NCBI GenBank assembly: GCA_965153355.1
Contig: OZ231126.1
Location: 40,238,001-40,302,000, forward strand
Origin: Flaccisagitta enflata
Lineage: Eukaryota
DNA: 64,000 bases
Direction of reading: 5' to 3'
Positions 40,672 to 54,931 of this stretch are shown here, piece after piece. Below the pieces are notes generated by a model that saw nothing but the letters and a program-made list of their open reading frames with translations, was not told where the DNA came from and searched no databases. The first letter of the stretch is position 1. Each line of letters starts with the position of its first letter. The position numbers and the translations under genes were made by a program.

Positions 40672-43209
40672 CCAGGTGGTCGTCCGCCGCGTAGGGGAAA
40701 ATCAGACTCATCGTTATTGAAGGTAAAACTCAATTAGCCCAACAGTCGCCTGCCTCATGTTACATTCAATGACATGACATGACAAATTAAAACAAATCCT
40801 ATTAATTTTTGGGCAGCGGCCCCGAAGGGGACGAAGTCCTGTAGAACACAGGGGGAATCTGTCCGTCCGTCCGTACGTCCCCCCCCCCAGCCCCATCCTC
40901 AGGGCTTTGTCTCCTTTGGGGCCCAAATCCAAGCAAAATGGCCCAAATCCAAGCAAAATGGCCCAAATCCAGGCAAAATGGGCTAATTCCTTGCAAAATG
41001 GCCCAAATCCAGGCAAAATGGGCTAATTCCTGGCAAAATGGCCCAAATCCAGGCAAAATGGGCCAAATCTGGTTTAAAAACCTGAATTTTGGCCCCTTAA
41101 ACTTAGATTCTGGCTTCTAAAACCCACATCCTAGTCTTAAAGACCCAGATCCTGATCTCTGGGACCCAAATTCTGACCTCCAAGACCTAGGTTCTGGCCT
41201 CAAAGACCTAAATCCTAGCCTCAAAGACCTAAATCCTGGCCTCAGAGACTCAGATTCTGGCCTCAGAGACCCAGATTCTGGCCTCAGAGACCCAGATCCT
41301 GGCCTGCTCTTCCCTCAATTTAACCTACAAATTAGAGAAGTTCAAGGGTACCATTGTCCATGAACTGCCTTTTGTCATTTCTCCATGGTATTCAATGAAA
41401 ATTTGAATAACAGGGCATCCTGGACAGAAGGCAGACGGACGGACGGACGGACGGACGGACGGACGGACGGACGGACGGACAGATTCCCCCTGTGTTCTAC
41501 AGGACTTCGTCCCCTTCGGGGCCGCTGCCCTGCTCCCTTTCAACTAAATCACTTACTACTCAAGCAGGGCACGGGTACCGCTGACCACTTACTGCCTTTG
41601 GGCTGCTATTTGTTTTCATTTTATTCAGAACTTAAATCAAGACATCCCATTTGACACAAAGATTGTCTTCTCCGGAGGTGTAAGTAAATGGCAACAACTG
41701 TTAGAAATATAGTCATCATAAGCTAAAATAAAAAAAAAACCGGAAATGAGTGATGATTGTTGTTGTCTGAGTATCACACATCCCTCCAAAAATTTTCCAT
41801 TTACAGTAAGAATAGAGGCGTTCCTCGACACTCCGCCACTCAAATCCGACGCGGAATTAAAGCTCGAAGCGGCCGTCAAGGCGGCGGAAGCAGCAGCAGC
41901 TGAAGCCAACGCCCGAAAAGACGAGATGGCCCAGGAAGTGGCCTGGATGAAAAGTTTTTTGGAAGTGCGCAACAGGGAATAGGAAGTCGCTGACGCCGAA
42001 ATCGCCAACATGAGGTGAGTGTAAAGTTAGCTTTAAGCAAAAGGACTCGTAAAGACAAAACAAAGGAACATTAATGTAATTGTACAATTAGGCGAGGGGA
42101 CACTTTCCTTTTAAAATACCAAGCCTATTGGACCAACTAATTGGAATTGAGATCCATGAGTGGATGGGTAGATAGGTGCTGCCCGTGAGTAAAAACATTT
42201 TTAAACCCTTTGTTTGAATCCATGTAAACTCAATAATTTTTCTTAATTCATTTATTCATTCATTCACTCCATCTTTCATTTATTTATTCATTCACGTCTT
42301 TATATAATTCTCCGTTGAGTCCATTCATTCAGTCAATAATTCAGTCAATGATTTTCTTCGCAGAAATCGTTCGAAAGAGCTCGAGAAAAAGACGAGACAA
42401 GAACCGGAAGTCGTCATGATCAGCGCCAATGCCAACAATTGTGTGGTGGACCCCAATGCCGTGATGTTTTCGATTGAGGAAGACGGCGGCGCCTGCTCCC
42501 CCCCCTCGACATCACGACCCTCAAGTGTGAAGGTTTAAACATAAAGTTCATTGCTGATCTGGCTGAATTTGTGCTTGTCCTTCATGCCACTTAACCGTCT
42601 AAAACAAAAATTAATTTGAACTTTTTTCTATTTAAGATTGATACGAAAAGCCCGATTGCACAGAGACTTGTGCCTCCCTTCTGCGCCGCGCCCAAGAGGT
42701 CTAGGGTGACGCCCTCTGACCACGTGGAGAAGTTGGAGTCGGCGCTCGAGCCACTGTCTCCCGCCGGTCGGGTGATGCGGGCGCTCTTCAAGACGCTAAG
42801 GAAGATAAAGGTTTGTAACTTCTGTTTTTTATTTTTGTTTGCTGTTCTTTTGTTTTTTTTACCAATATAAAGGAGTCAAATATTTTTACCAATAATACAT
42901 TAAAGCACCTTTTATTTCACTTCACATAACACCGCGGCACGTGGCGTTCGCGTCGCCCGTAGTGCAGCAGAAGCCGCCAATAGGCGGATGAAAAACGCCA
43001 ATGCCAACAACAACAACGGCGAAAGGAAAAAGAAGACCAACGACCCCATAAAGAACGCGGAAAGCTTGGAAAGGTGGCGGTCGAAGAACCTCAAATGGGC
43101 TAGGACCACAGCCCGAAAAGGAATGGCCTTCCTGCGCTCAAAGGACGTCCCCGAGGAACCGGAACCGGAACCGGAAACGGAACCGGAAACGGAAGAGAGC
43201 AATGATTAG
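40672..43209 (+). pseudogene. Spliced gene of unknown function, copy 2 (exons 40672-40722 partial, 41629-41677, 41807-42014, 42364-42532, 42637-42810, 42928-43209); disabled
   Basis: Near-identical to copy 1. In-frame TAG at 41980-41982 (CAG in copy 1); last acceptor is CAT instead of CAG. The two extra 5' exons are phase-compatible but have weaker donors. Confidence 0.72.
40811..41610 (+). mobile_element. Family B element with 20-21 bp arrays, in an intron of gene copy 2
   Basis: Same termini as 2952-3637; (GGCCCAAATCCAGGCAAAAT)n and (GGCCTCAGAGACCCAGATTCT)n. Sister copy at 52566-53344. Confidence 0.8.
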
Positions 43210-43483
43210 ACTTTCGCACTCGCCTCGAACTCGCCTCAAACTAGCCTCCAACCCGCCTCCAATTTGCCTCTAACTCGCCTCCAACTCGCCTCTATCTCAA
43301 TTCCAACTCGCCTCCAACTCGCCTCCAACTCACCTCTAACTCGCCTCCAATTCGCCTCCAATTCGCCTCTAACTCGCCTCCAACTCGCCTCCAACTCGCC
43401 TCAAACTCGCCTCAAACTCGTTACGTCACATTGTTTTCTTCTGTTTTATATAACATGTTAGGAGTTTATTCTCTATTAAAAAT

Positions 43484-43681
43484 GTTTAGTCGCATGCTAC
43501 GCGACTCTACACCCGCTTTGTCGGTCCGTCCGTCCGTCGGTCCATCCGTCCGTCACACTTTACTTTTTCGGCGTTAATGGGGTTTTTGGCCTTACTGCTC
43601 CTGCCCAAATGCTCCGCTGACCTCAATTATGGCCCCTGCCCACCCGCACGCAACTGAGGTAGCCGTGTATCTGGCCTTGTT
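43484..43681 (+). mobile_element. Family A (HINE/DINE-1-like non-autonomous Helentron) complete short copy
   Basis: TTTAGTCGC..CGCGACT 5' palindrome, (GTCC/GTCG)n, 3' CACGCAACT sub-TIR, GCCGTGTATCTGGC hairpin, TTGTT end. Sits in a T run that is empty in the paralog (about 33455-33461). Confidence 0.82.
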
Positions 43682-43989
43682 TGTTTAAAAAGTAAAATCT
43701 CCAGATTTTCTGTCTTATTTAATTAATCGAGAAGAGGAAATGAAAAACAAACACTGTCAATGTTTTGGTCTGTCTGTCTGTCTGTCTGTCTGTCTCAGTC
43801 TCTGTCAGGATCCCAGTGCTCTTTCGTTTTTTCACTGGAACAAGTTAAAGGGATTCTCCATCAGATGCTAGATGTCCTCTCATTGCACCTTAGTCAACAA
43901 AAAAAACAAAAGAACAGCCACATCTTGCGCGGATTAGTTTAGATGAAAGTGTAAAAAAAATAAATAAAAAAATAGATAGATAAATAAAA

Positions 43990-44064
<75 letters not shown>

Positions 44065-44158
44065 TATATACAAATACATATATATATATACATATATATA
44101 TATACATATGTATATATATATATATATGCATATGTATATATATATTTATATATACATT

Positions 44159-44190
<32 letters not shown>

Positions 44191-47100
44191 CATATACGCT
44201 TTGATTTTGCACATTCTGCCAAAGCAGACATTTGATATTCTTTGAACCGTACTACTTATTTGAGCCGCACTACTAATGCTTATTTAGTAATATTTTATAC
44301 TCTGCTTTGCAGCATAAATTTTCAACATTCTGCCGAAGCAGACCTTTGTCTTTCAGTAAAAAAATTTGGGCATTCTGTCGAAGTCAATCCCTGCAATGCA
44401 GGTTACAGTAATACTTCGCGTCGCGGGAAAAATTTCCAATATACACCTCTTTTATATAAGAATGTCATTATTTGGTCAAAGCCTTCAAAGGAGATGGAGA
44501 TAGCTACTAAAGAAATAACTAAAATGTTCTCTATGTTGGAGCAATTGCAAGCCTTGATGTTCTTATAAAGAATAAAAAGAGTATTTTGTCATACCCTTCT
44601 GCGGGAAAATAAGTTATTAAAAAAAATTGGGCATTCTGCCGAAGCAGCCTTTCTGATTTCCAGAAATTTGAGCATATTTTCGAAGCAGATAACTGCACTT
44701 CCTGTTCTTAGAAAAGTTAATATTTAATACACCACATCGCGGTTTAGTGAATTTTAGGGCATTCTGCCGAATGCATTGCTTGTTTTAAAATGATTTCTTC
44801 ACATCGCCAGAATTATTTCGATACACCCTGGGCCCAATCAACCATGTGCGAGGCCTGAGGCTACTGTTGCCGCGAGGCCCCTGTATATATAACAAGGTCG
44901 GTTACACAGCTTCCAAAGTCACGTGCGGGTAAGCAGGGGCACCAGGTAATCTGTGATAGAAAAACATGAGATTAATACCCGAGCAATACCCAAGCAATAC
45001 CCGAGCAATACCCGAATACCCAAGCAATACTCAAATACCCAAGTATACCCTGGGTATTAATCTCACCTCAGATATTAACCACATAATCTGTAATAGAAAA
45101 ACATGAGATTAAGACCCGAGTAATACCCGAGTAATACCCAAGCAATACCCGAGCAACACCCGAATACACTGGCAATACCGAAATACCCAAGTATACCCTG
45201 GGTATTAATCTCACCTCAGAGATTAACCACATAATCTGTAATAGAAAAACATGAGATTAATACCCAAGCAATACCCAAGCAATACCCGAGCAATACTCAA
45301 GTAATACCCGAGTAATACCCAAGCAATACCCGAGTAATACCCAAATACCCGAGCAATACTCGAATACCTGAGTATTAATGTCACCTCAGATTACCTGGCG
45401 AGGGGCCATATTTGAGGTCACTAGATGATTTAGGAAGGATCAGTGAGAAATAATATCATGAAAAAATAAAGTGGGGACGGACGGACAGACGGACGAGTTG
45501 TAGTCACGTGCACGCGACCAAAAAGTAACCTGGGGTTATAACATTGTTGTGGATGGTTGGGCAGGGGCGTCCAACAACCATCCACACTTTTCCTCGCAGA
45601 CAAAATGACACAAGCAACTAAAACTATTGTCTTTCCAATTTTTGACTAAATCATTACGGCAAACAAACAGACCAACAGACCGCCAGACAAAGCCTCTTCG
45701 GTGGTTTTACATCTTGTCCTCAAACCGTAGGGCCCTTGTTAGAATTTAAGATTTTTGTCTCAGTGTCTGTTTTAAACACTTTAAAAGACATAAGATTTAA
45801 TGTAAAATGTGTACCAGAGCTTGATTTGGAATTTTGTACCAGGGACCCCATCCACCTTCAACCTTACTTAGTCAAAAAGTCAGTTTCTTTTTTTTGTTCT
45901 TCTTCTTCTTTTTCTTTTTCCTCTCCTTTTTGGGCTTTTTCATGGCCTTCCTTTGTTCCTATGCTTTCACACAGGGAAATTTCTCCTCCTCCTTCTCTTC
46001 AAATCCCAGCCTCGAGGCCCAAATCTCAGCCTCGAGGCCCACACTCAGCCAGGCCTAAATCCCAGCCTCAGGCTCAAATCCCAGCCTCAAGGCTCAAATC
46101 CAGCCTCCGAGACTCCAAATCCCAGCCTCCAGGCTCCAAATCCCAGCCTTTAGGCTCAAATCCCAACCTCGGGCTCAAATCCCTGTCTCGAGGCTCACTC
46201 AGCCACCAGGCCTAAATCCCCGCTCTAAGCTCAAATCAGCCTCAAGCCCCCCCAGCCTCCCGGGTTCAAATAAAAACAGCATAGGTCACCGGGCTCCTTC
46301 TGGGCAGCTGCCTCTCACCACTCACACTCATACACTCACTTAGGGCAACTGGTACCTGACCATCTAACGCTTACAATTTTGTTTTTTCATTGCTTTCCTT
46401 TAAGAGGCCTGGAGGGGCTATGACCATGTCACATAAAATTTCTCCTTTTCCTTCAGTGTACCCCCCCCCAGCTCTTGGGGCTCAAATCACAGTCTGGAGG
46501 CCTAAATCCCAGTCTTGAGGCTCAAATCCCAGTCTTGAGGCTCAAATCCCAGTCTCAAGGCTCATATCCCAATCTAGGCTAATCCCAACCTCAGTGCCTA
46601 AATCTCAAAAATTCATACTAATCCAGTTTCTTGAGGCTCAATCTCAGTCTGAGGCTCAAACTTGCCTGAGGCTCAAATCCTAGTCTCAGCTTCAACCTAG
46701 CCTGCTACAACTCAGCTCCTAGGTCACATCCAGCACTTCTGCTCACATCCCAGCTGCAGTAAATAGTATAGGTCATCGGCTCCTCGGGCCGCTGCCCCTC
46801 TAACCACCTCACACCCACATGCACTCACATAGGGGCATCGGGCACCGCTGATCATCTAACGCTACATTATTAGGCCCTTTGGGCTGCCTTTTTAAGGAAG
46901 GCTTCCTATGAGGGCTCCTTTAAAGCCTCTTTTAAGGTTTTACAAGGCCCTTTATGGCCTTTTTAAGGTCCCTTGATATTCTCTTTAAGGATCTTCATGT
47001 CTTTAGTCTCAGCCTTTGCTGCCCTTAAGGTCTCTTTGTTGCCTTTAAGGAAGGCTCTTTGTAGCACCCTTTTTGAGGCCCTTGAGGCCTTTTGGCGTTG

Positions 47101-50100
47101 GCTTAAGACCTCTTTTTAAGACCCTTGGAGGCCTCTTGGCGTCTTTTGTTCTTTATAGAAGAAAGTGCTCTTTGAGGCCCTTGCTGCTCCTTTATGCCCT
47201 TTTGTGACCTCTTTTTAAGGCCTTTTTAGGCCCTTAAGACCCTTTTAAGGTCAGTTAAGGTTTCAGAGGCCTCTTTTGTTAGCCCTTTAGGGGTCTTTCA
47301 TACCTTTTTTAAAGCACTTCTTAAGGCCTTTAAAGCCTTCTAAGGCCTTTTTGGGGTGTCTTTTTTTATGTTCTTTTTGGATGTGAAGGGCCCTTTTGCT
47401 AGTTTGATGGCTCTTTGCAGCCCTTTATGCCCTTTTAAGGCTCCCTTTTTTGCTGCCTTTGAGGCCTCCTTTCTATGTCTTCTTTTTTTTAAGGCCTTTA
47501 GACCCTTTTACTGCCCCTCTTTTTGGGCCCTTTTTTAAGACCCTTTTTAAGGCTGCTTAAGACCCTTTGAGTCTCTCAGCCTTTAGGGTTTCTTCAGCAC
47601 TTTTTGGGTCTCTTTTTTAAGGCCCTTTTACTCCTTTAAGGCCCTTTAAGATCTTTTATGAAGGGGCTTTGAAAAGAAGGGCCTTAAGGTCTTTTAAGGC
47701 TCCTTTTTAAGGCTCCTTTTGCTGCCCTTTTTTAAGACTTTTATGGCTCTTAAGGCCCTTAAGGCCCTTTATGAAGGCTTCATGAAGGCTCCTTTAAGGT
47801 CTTTCAAGGCCCTTTAAGGCCCTTCAAGGCCCTTTAAAGTTCCCTTTAAGGCCCTTTAAAGCTCCTTGCACCTTTGCTGTCTCTTTGAGGCCCTCCCTTA
47901 AGGAAGGCCCCTTTGAGGAAGACCCTTTGAGGCCCTTTTTGTGCTTCCTGTAGACCCTTTTAGTTCTCTTTTTGCTAGTCTCTTTAAGGCCCTTTTTTTA
48001 AGGCCCTTTAAGGGCCTTTTAGGCCCTTTAAGGCCCTTTGAGGCCCTTAAAGGCCCTTTACGGCTTTTTAAGACCCTTTTTGGCAGGCCCTTTTAGGAAG
48101 GTCTTTTGATGCTCTTTAAGGCCCTTTAAGGCCCTTTAAGGCCCATTAGGGCCATTCAAGGCCCTTTAAGGCTGGCCCTTTAAGGCCCTTTAAGGCTCTT
48201 TAAGGCCCTTTAATGCCCAATGAGGCTGTTTATAGCCCTTGAAGGCTCTTTATGACCCTTTTGGGCCCTTGAAGGCCCTTTAAGGCCCTTTAAAGACCTT
48301 TGCTGCCCTTTAAGGCCCTTTGCTGCCCTCTAAGGAAGGCCTTTAAGGAAGGCCATTTAGGGCCTTTAAGGCCCTTTAAGGCCCTTTAAGACCCTTTTTG
48401 TGGGCTCCTTCAAGGCCCTTGCAAAGCCCTTTTTAAGGCCGCTTAAGGCCCTTAAGGCCCATTTTAAGGAAGTGCCTTTTAAGAGAGTGTTTTTAAGGTC
48501 TTCTTTAAGGCCTTTAAGCTCCTTAGGCCTTTTTAAGGCCTCTTTTTAAAGCCCTTTTTTAAGGCCCTTCAAGGCCCTTAAGGAAGACCCTTTGAGGAAG
48601 GCCCTTTGAGGGGCTCCTGACATATTTATGCCTTGCTGCCCTTTTAGGCCCTTTTAAGACCTTTGTCTTTGCTTAGCTGCCCTTTGAGGAAGGCCTTTGA
48701 GGCCTTCAGGGGCTCTTTTGAGACCTCTTTTAGGCTTTTTTGAGACCTTTTTGTGTCCTTTTGAGGCCCTTTGGGTTCTTTGAGACCCTTTTTAGGCTCA
48801 AGGCCTCTTTTAAGACCCTTTAAGACCTGGGTTAGGCCCTTTTTTGTTGCCTCTTTGTTAGCCCTTTATGTTCTTTTTTTAAGGCCCTTTTTTATGTCTT
48901 GTTAGGCCCTTTAAGGCTCCTTTTTAAGGCCCTTTGTCTCCTTTAACAAAGGGTCTTTTAAGGAAGTGTCTCTTTGAGGCTCCTTAAAGGCCCCCTCTAA
49001 GGCCCTCTTTTTTTACACTTTTAAGGCCTCTTGCTGCCTTTTTGAGACCCTTTAAGGCTCCTGAAGCTCCTTCAAGGCCCTTTTTAAGGCTTTCTTTTGA
49101 GGCCTTTTTAAGGTCTCCTTTGAGGCCCTTTAAGACCCTTTAAGGCCCTCTTTAAGGCCTCTTTGAGCTCCTTTTAAAGAAAGGGCCTTTAAGGAAGGCC
49201 CTTTAAGGCCCTTGTTGCCTTCTTTAAGGCCCTTTTAAGGCCCTTGAGGCCCTTTGTGTCTCTTTTTGAGTGCCTCTTTAAAGACCTTTTTTAAGGCTCT
49301 TTAAGGCCCATTATAGCCTCTTTTTTGCTACCTTTGAAGACCTTTTAGGCCTTTATGCCTTTAGTTTTTATGCCCTTTAGTTTTAAGGAAGGCCCTTTGA
49401 GGAAGGCCCTTTGAGGCCTCTTCACGCTCTTTTAGGCCCTTTTAAGGAAGGCCCTTTAAGGCCCTTTAAGGTTCTTTTAATCTAATACTTTTTAGCAGTA
49501 TTTTGATATCTTTAAAGGCCCTTTAAGGCCTTTTTAAGACCTCTAAGGCCCTCTTTAAGGCCCTTTAAGGCCTTCTTTTAAGGCTCCTTTTTATGTCTCT
49601 TTTTAGGCCTCTTTTATGTCTCTTTTTAGGCTCTTTTTAAGGAATTCTTTGAAAGAAGCCCTTGAGGCCCTTTTTAAGGCTCTTTTTTAAGGCCCTTTAA
49701 GGAAAGCTCCTTGAGGAAGGCTCCCATGTCTCTTTAGTTCTTTAAGGCCTCATCAGTGGTTTTTAGGAAGGCCCTTTGAGGCCCTTAAAGGCCCTTTAAG
49801 GCCCTTTAAGACCCTCTAAGGCCCTTTAAGGCCCTTTTTGGCCCTTTAAGGCCCTTTTAGGCCCTTTAAGGTCCTTTAAGGCCCTTTAAGGGCCGTTAGG
49901 GCCATTCAAGGCCTTTTAAAGCCCTTTAAGGCCCTTTAAGGCCCTCTAAGGCCCATTAAGGAAGGCCCATTAAGGAAGGCCCTTTAAGGCCCTTTCAGGC
50001 CCATTAAGGAAGGCCTTTTAAGCAAGGCTCCCACACCCCTTTAAGGCCCTTTTAAGGCCCTTGGCGTCTCTTCTAAGGAAGGCCTTTAAGGAGCACATTT

Positions 50101-53100
50101 AGGGCCTTTACACTTTTTGCTGCATCTTTAAGGTCTCTTTGCTGACACAGGGGACTTTGTCTGCCCTGCCGCTATCTCCGTCCGCTGTCTCCCCAGGCCC
50201 TCTCAGGCCTGAAATTTGCCTCAGGCCTGAAATTCATTCTCCTCAGGCCTGAAATCTGCAACTTCTCAGGCCTTGAATCTGCCCTCTCAGACCCAAAATA
50301 TGCCCCTCCAGACTGAACGTCCTCTGTCTGGAAATTTGTCCCCAGGCCTGAAATCTCCTTGTATCCAAGGCTTGAAGGGGACATTTCAGGCCTGAGAGGG
50401 TAGATTTCAGCCTGAAAGGCAGATTTCAGGCCTGAGAGGATTTCTGGGGAACGGACGCATTGAATGACGAAGGACAAAAAAGTCTCTGTGTTCTATAGGA
50501 CTTTGTCCCTTCTCGCCGCTGCCCTGCTTCCTCTCACCACAATTGGACAATCTTGCAAAGCAGGGCAACGGGTATCGTTGACCACATATTGCTCATGACT
50601 TGTTAGGCTCCTTTATGGTCTCTTTATGCCCATAAGGAAGGGCTCCTTTTTAAGAAGGCTCTATACGGCCCTTTTATGTCTTTTTAAGGCCCTTTTTTTT
50701 TAAGACCTTTAAAAGCTCCTTTAAAGGTCTCTTTTAAGGCCTCTTTGTCTTTTTTAGGGGAAGGTCTTTTCAGGCCTTTTTTAAGGTCTTTTATGTCTTT
50801 ATTGCCCTTTTTTTTAAGGCCCTTCAAGGCCCTTTAAGGAAGACCCTTTGAGGAAGGCCCTTTGAGGCCCTTTAAGGCCCTTTGAAACCCTTTTAGGCCC
50901 TTCAAGGCCCTTTAAAGCCCTTCAAGGCCCTTTAAGGCCCTGTAAGGCCCTTTTAGGCCCTTTAAAACCCTTTGAGGCCCTAAAGGAAAGCCTCCAAGAA
51001 AGGCCGTTTAAGGCCCTTTAAGGCCCTTCAAGGCCCTTTAAAGCCCTTTAAGGCCCTTTAAGACCCTTTATGGCCCTTTAAAGAAGTCCCTTTCAGTTCT
51101 TTTTAATGCCCTTCCTTTAAGGCCCTTTAAGGCGCTATAAGACCCTTGCTGGCCCTTTAAGGCCCTATAAGGCCCTCTAAGGAAGGCCCTTTGAGGCCCT
51201 TTAAGGCCCTTTAAGACCTTTCAAGGCCCTTTAAGACCCTTTAAGGCCCTTTAAGGCCTTTTATAGCCCTTTAAGGCCCTTTAAGGAAGGCCTTTTAAGG
51301 CTGTTTATGGCCCTCTAAGGCCCTCTAAGGCCCTTTAGGGCCCTTTAAGGCCCTGTAAGGGAGGCCCTTTAAAGCCCTTTAAGGCCTTTTAAGGCCCTTT
51401 TGGGCCCTTTAAGGCCCTTTAAGGCTCTGTTAGGCCCTTTACAGCCCTCTACGTCCCTTTAAGGCCTTTAAAGACCCTTTGAGGCCGTTTAAGGCCCTTT
51501 TAGGCCCTTTAAGACCCTTCAGAACCCTTCAAGGCCCTTTAAAGCCCTTTAAGGCCCTTCAATGCCCTCTAAGGCCCTTTAATAGGGTGGCTTAAAGTGG
51601 TGTCATTTTCAAAACTCACGACGCCCGCGGAGAAAATAAGACCATTTCCATCATAGATGAGAACTACCAAATTTGGTGGTGATTGGATAAACTTTGCTCA
51701 TACCCGCCACCCCCCCCTTAAATTGAGAGATGGTGGTGTTTCCAACAATCCTCACTTGAAAGGGTTGCTTTAAAAGCTCATAGTTCCCAAACAAATTGAG
51801 CTACTGACCTCAACTTGGGCTCATTTTAAATAGCAGACAAAGCTTTTTAAAATGAGCCTAAATTGAAGTCTCTAGCTCAATTCGTTAAGGAGCAACAGTC
51901 TTCCAAAGTTGATGCCTCTTTTGAGAAAAAGAAGCCTTAGCCCCCCTCTTTATAGATCTATATCTTCTAAATTAATTGAGCTACTGACCTCAACTTGGGC
52001 TCATTTTAAAGAATAGATAGAGTTCTTTCAATTGGGCTCAAATCGAATTCTCTAACTCAATTTGTTTAGGAGCAGCGGTCTTCCAAAGTTGATGTTATTA
52101 TGTTGTTATAAGAGAAGCATAACATAGATTCTGTCTTGACATGAGGTAAAGGGGGCAAGGATAATAGAAAAACAAATAAAATGAGAGAAGTAATTTTTGA
52201 AAATGAAGTTAAGAAAAATGTGATAATATTATTATACAGCTTAAAGGGACACTGTCTAACAATATCTAAACAAACAATATTGTTACAGAATATAAGAAAA
52301 AAGAGAGCAAAATTAATTTTTAGCAATAATGTTGCATATTCTTTATTCAAGATATTTCAGCACCCCATCTTTTTTTTCTTAGTATTTAAATTTTTACAAG
52401 AGATTTGGACAGAAACATTGGGTAAAATGATGAAATGATACAACACAATGAGCCATTTTCAAAGACTTTCAAACAGATATATGCAATGAATATCTCCATT
52501 TGGAGTCAAATTTAGCATTTTGGTAGCCTTTTACATAAAAGATAGACTGAATGACAGTTTGTCTAAGGGGACGAAGTCCTGTGGAACACAGGGGAATTCT
52601 GTCCGTCCGTACGTCCGTACACCACCGTCCGTCCCCGGCCCCATCTCAGGGCTTCGCTTCTTGGGGCTCCGAACCAAAACTGTATGCCCAACCATGTGGC
52701 CTGCAAATCCAGCCAAAATAGGCCAAATCCAGGTAAAATGGCCTAAGACCAGGTAAAATGGGCCAAATCTGCTAAGAAAAATCTGCTAAGAAAACCTGAA
52801 TTCTGGCCTGAGTTCTATTATCATGGCCCCTTAAACTTAGATTCTAGCTCCCAAAACCCACATCCAAGCCTTAGAGACCCAGATCCTGACCTTTGGGACC
52901 CAGATTCTGACCTCAAGACCTAGGGTGTTGGCCTTAAAACCTAAATCCTAACCTCAGAGACCCAAATCCTGGCCTCAGAAACTGAAATCCTTGCCTCTGA
53001 GACCAAGAAATCGGTCTCTGAGACCCAGATTCTGGCCCCAGAGACCCAGATCCTGGCCTGCTCCTACCTCAACTCACAAACTATACAATAAGGGCAAGGG

Positions 53101-54238
53101 TACCATTGTCCATATACTGCGTTTTGTCATTTCTCCATGGTATTCAATGAAAATTTGAATTAAAGGGCATTCAGGAGAGAAGGAAAGCAGACAGGACGGA
53201 TGGACGGACGGACAGATTCCCCCTGTGTTCTACAGGACTTCGTCCCCTTCGGGGCCGCTGCCCTGCTCCCTCGCAACCTTAATCACTTCCTACTCAAGCA
53301 GGGCACGGGTACCGCTGACCACTTACTGCCTTTGGGCTGCTATTATAAAAGATAGACTAAATGACAACTACAATATAAAGGGGGCGCTATTTGGAGAATT
53401 AACAGGTCAATATGGGCAATATGTGGTCAGCGATACCCGTTGCCCTGCTTTGCATGATTGTGAGTTTGAGTGAGAGGAAGCAGGGCAGCTGCCCCTAAAG
53501 GGACAAAGCCCTGTAAAACACAGGGGGACTTTTGTTTGTCCGTCCGTCTTTCCGTCCCCCCCAGGCCCTCTCAGGCCTGAAATCCGCCTTATCAGGCCTA
53601 AAATCTGCCCTACTAGGCCTGAAATCTGCCCTCTCAGGCCTGAAATCTGCCCTCTCAACCCTTACATCTGCCCTCTCAGGCCTGCACTCTGCCCTCTAAG
53701 GCAGATTCAAGGCTTGAGAGGGCAGATTTAAGGCCTGATAGGGCAGATTTCAGGCCCAAAAGGGCCTGGGGGGGGACGAACTAACGAACAAACGGATAAA
53801 TGACGGGATTTGATTGATGGATGGAATGGACAAACGAAAGTCCCTCTGTGTTCTACAGGACTTCATCCCTTGGGGACACTGGCTCAAAAAGCAAAGTCAT
53901 ATTCTATTTGCAGCAAACATGAGCTGAAAAGTTTGGGTGCTGATACTGCTACCTCAGTCCTGCAGCGTGGGGCAGGGCTGTATTTGAGGTCACTCAATCA
54001 TGTGGGCAGGAGCGTGAGGCCAAAGACCGCAAAAAAAAAAGAAGTGACTGACCGATGGACAGACAGACTGACATCTACTGACTGGCTGACCGACGGAGAC
54101 AAACAAAGGGTTGTAGAGTCGCGTAGCACGCGACTAAAAATACCGCATGCCTACTAAGAGGAGGGTCAATGCTTCTGTTTCTTAAAAGGATCGTCGATTT
54201 TGGAAGACAGTCGCTCCTAAGCGAATTGAGCTAGATTT

Positions 54239-54931
54239 GGGCAGCGGCCCCGGAGGGGTTGATGACCTATGGTTCCACACAGGGCAATTTTTCCGATCTA
54301 ATGTCAGAAGTGTCCATCCCTCTCCCGGCTTCTCCCAAATCAGTAATTTCAGACTCAAAGCAGGCCTCTCAGACCTCAAATCAGGCCCTCAGACCTCAAA
54401 TCAGGCCTCTCAGACTTCAAATCAGGTTTTTTCATTCCTAAATCAAGTCTCTTTAGACCTCAAAGCAGGCCTCTAAGACCTCAACCAGCTTCTTATTAGA
54501 CCCCAAATAAGGCCTTCAGGACTCAAATCAGGCCTTCAGACTTCCCAATCAGGCTCTCCTCGGATTCAAAATTCAGCTTCCCAGACCCCAAATCAGGCCT
54601 CTCAAACTCATGAACCATGCCTGGGATCCCAAATCAGGCCTCTCAGACCCTAAATCAGGAGCATGCACTGAACGAAGCAGCTTCTTAAGCCTTAACTCAG
54701 GCCTCCCAGACCTCTTATCAGGCCTCTCACACCCCAGATCAGACCTTATGGACCCCAGATCAGACCTCTCAGACCCAAGATCATGCCTCCCAAAACAAAA
54801 TTGCCCTGTATGGAATCATAGGTCATCGACCCCTCCGGGGCCGCTGCCCCATTACCCCAACATTACAATACTAAATGATATCAATGGGGCATCGGGAACC
54901 GCTGACCATAATGACGCTTGAGCGGCCTGTT
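54239..54931 (+). mobile_element. Family B variant
   Basis: GGGCAGCGGCCCCGGAGGGGTTGATGACCTATG ... CATAGGTCATCGACCCCTCCGGGGCCGCTGCCC; tail GGGCATCGGGAACCGCTGACCA...TGTT; (CTCAAATCAGGCCTCTCAGAC)-like array. Confidence 0.78.
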
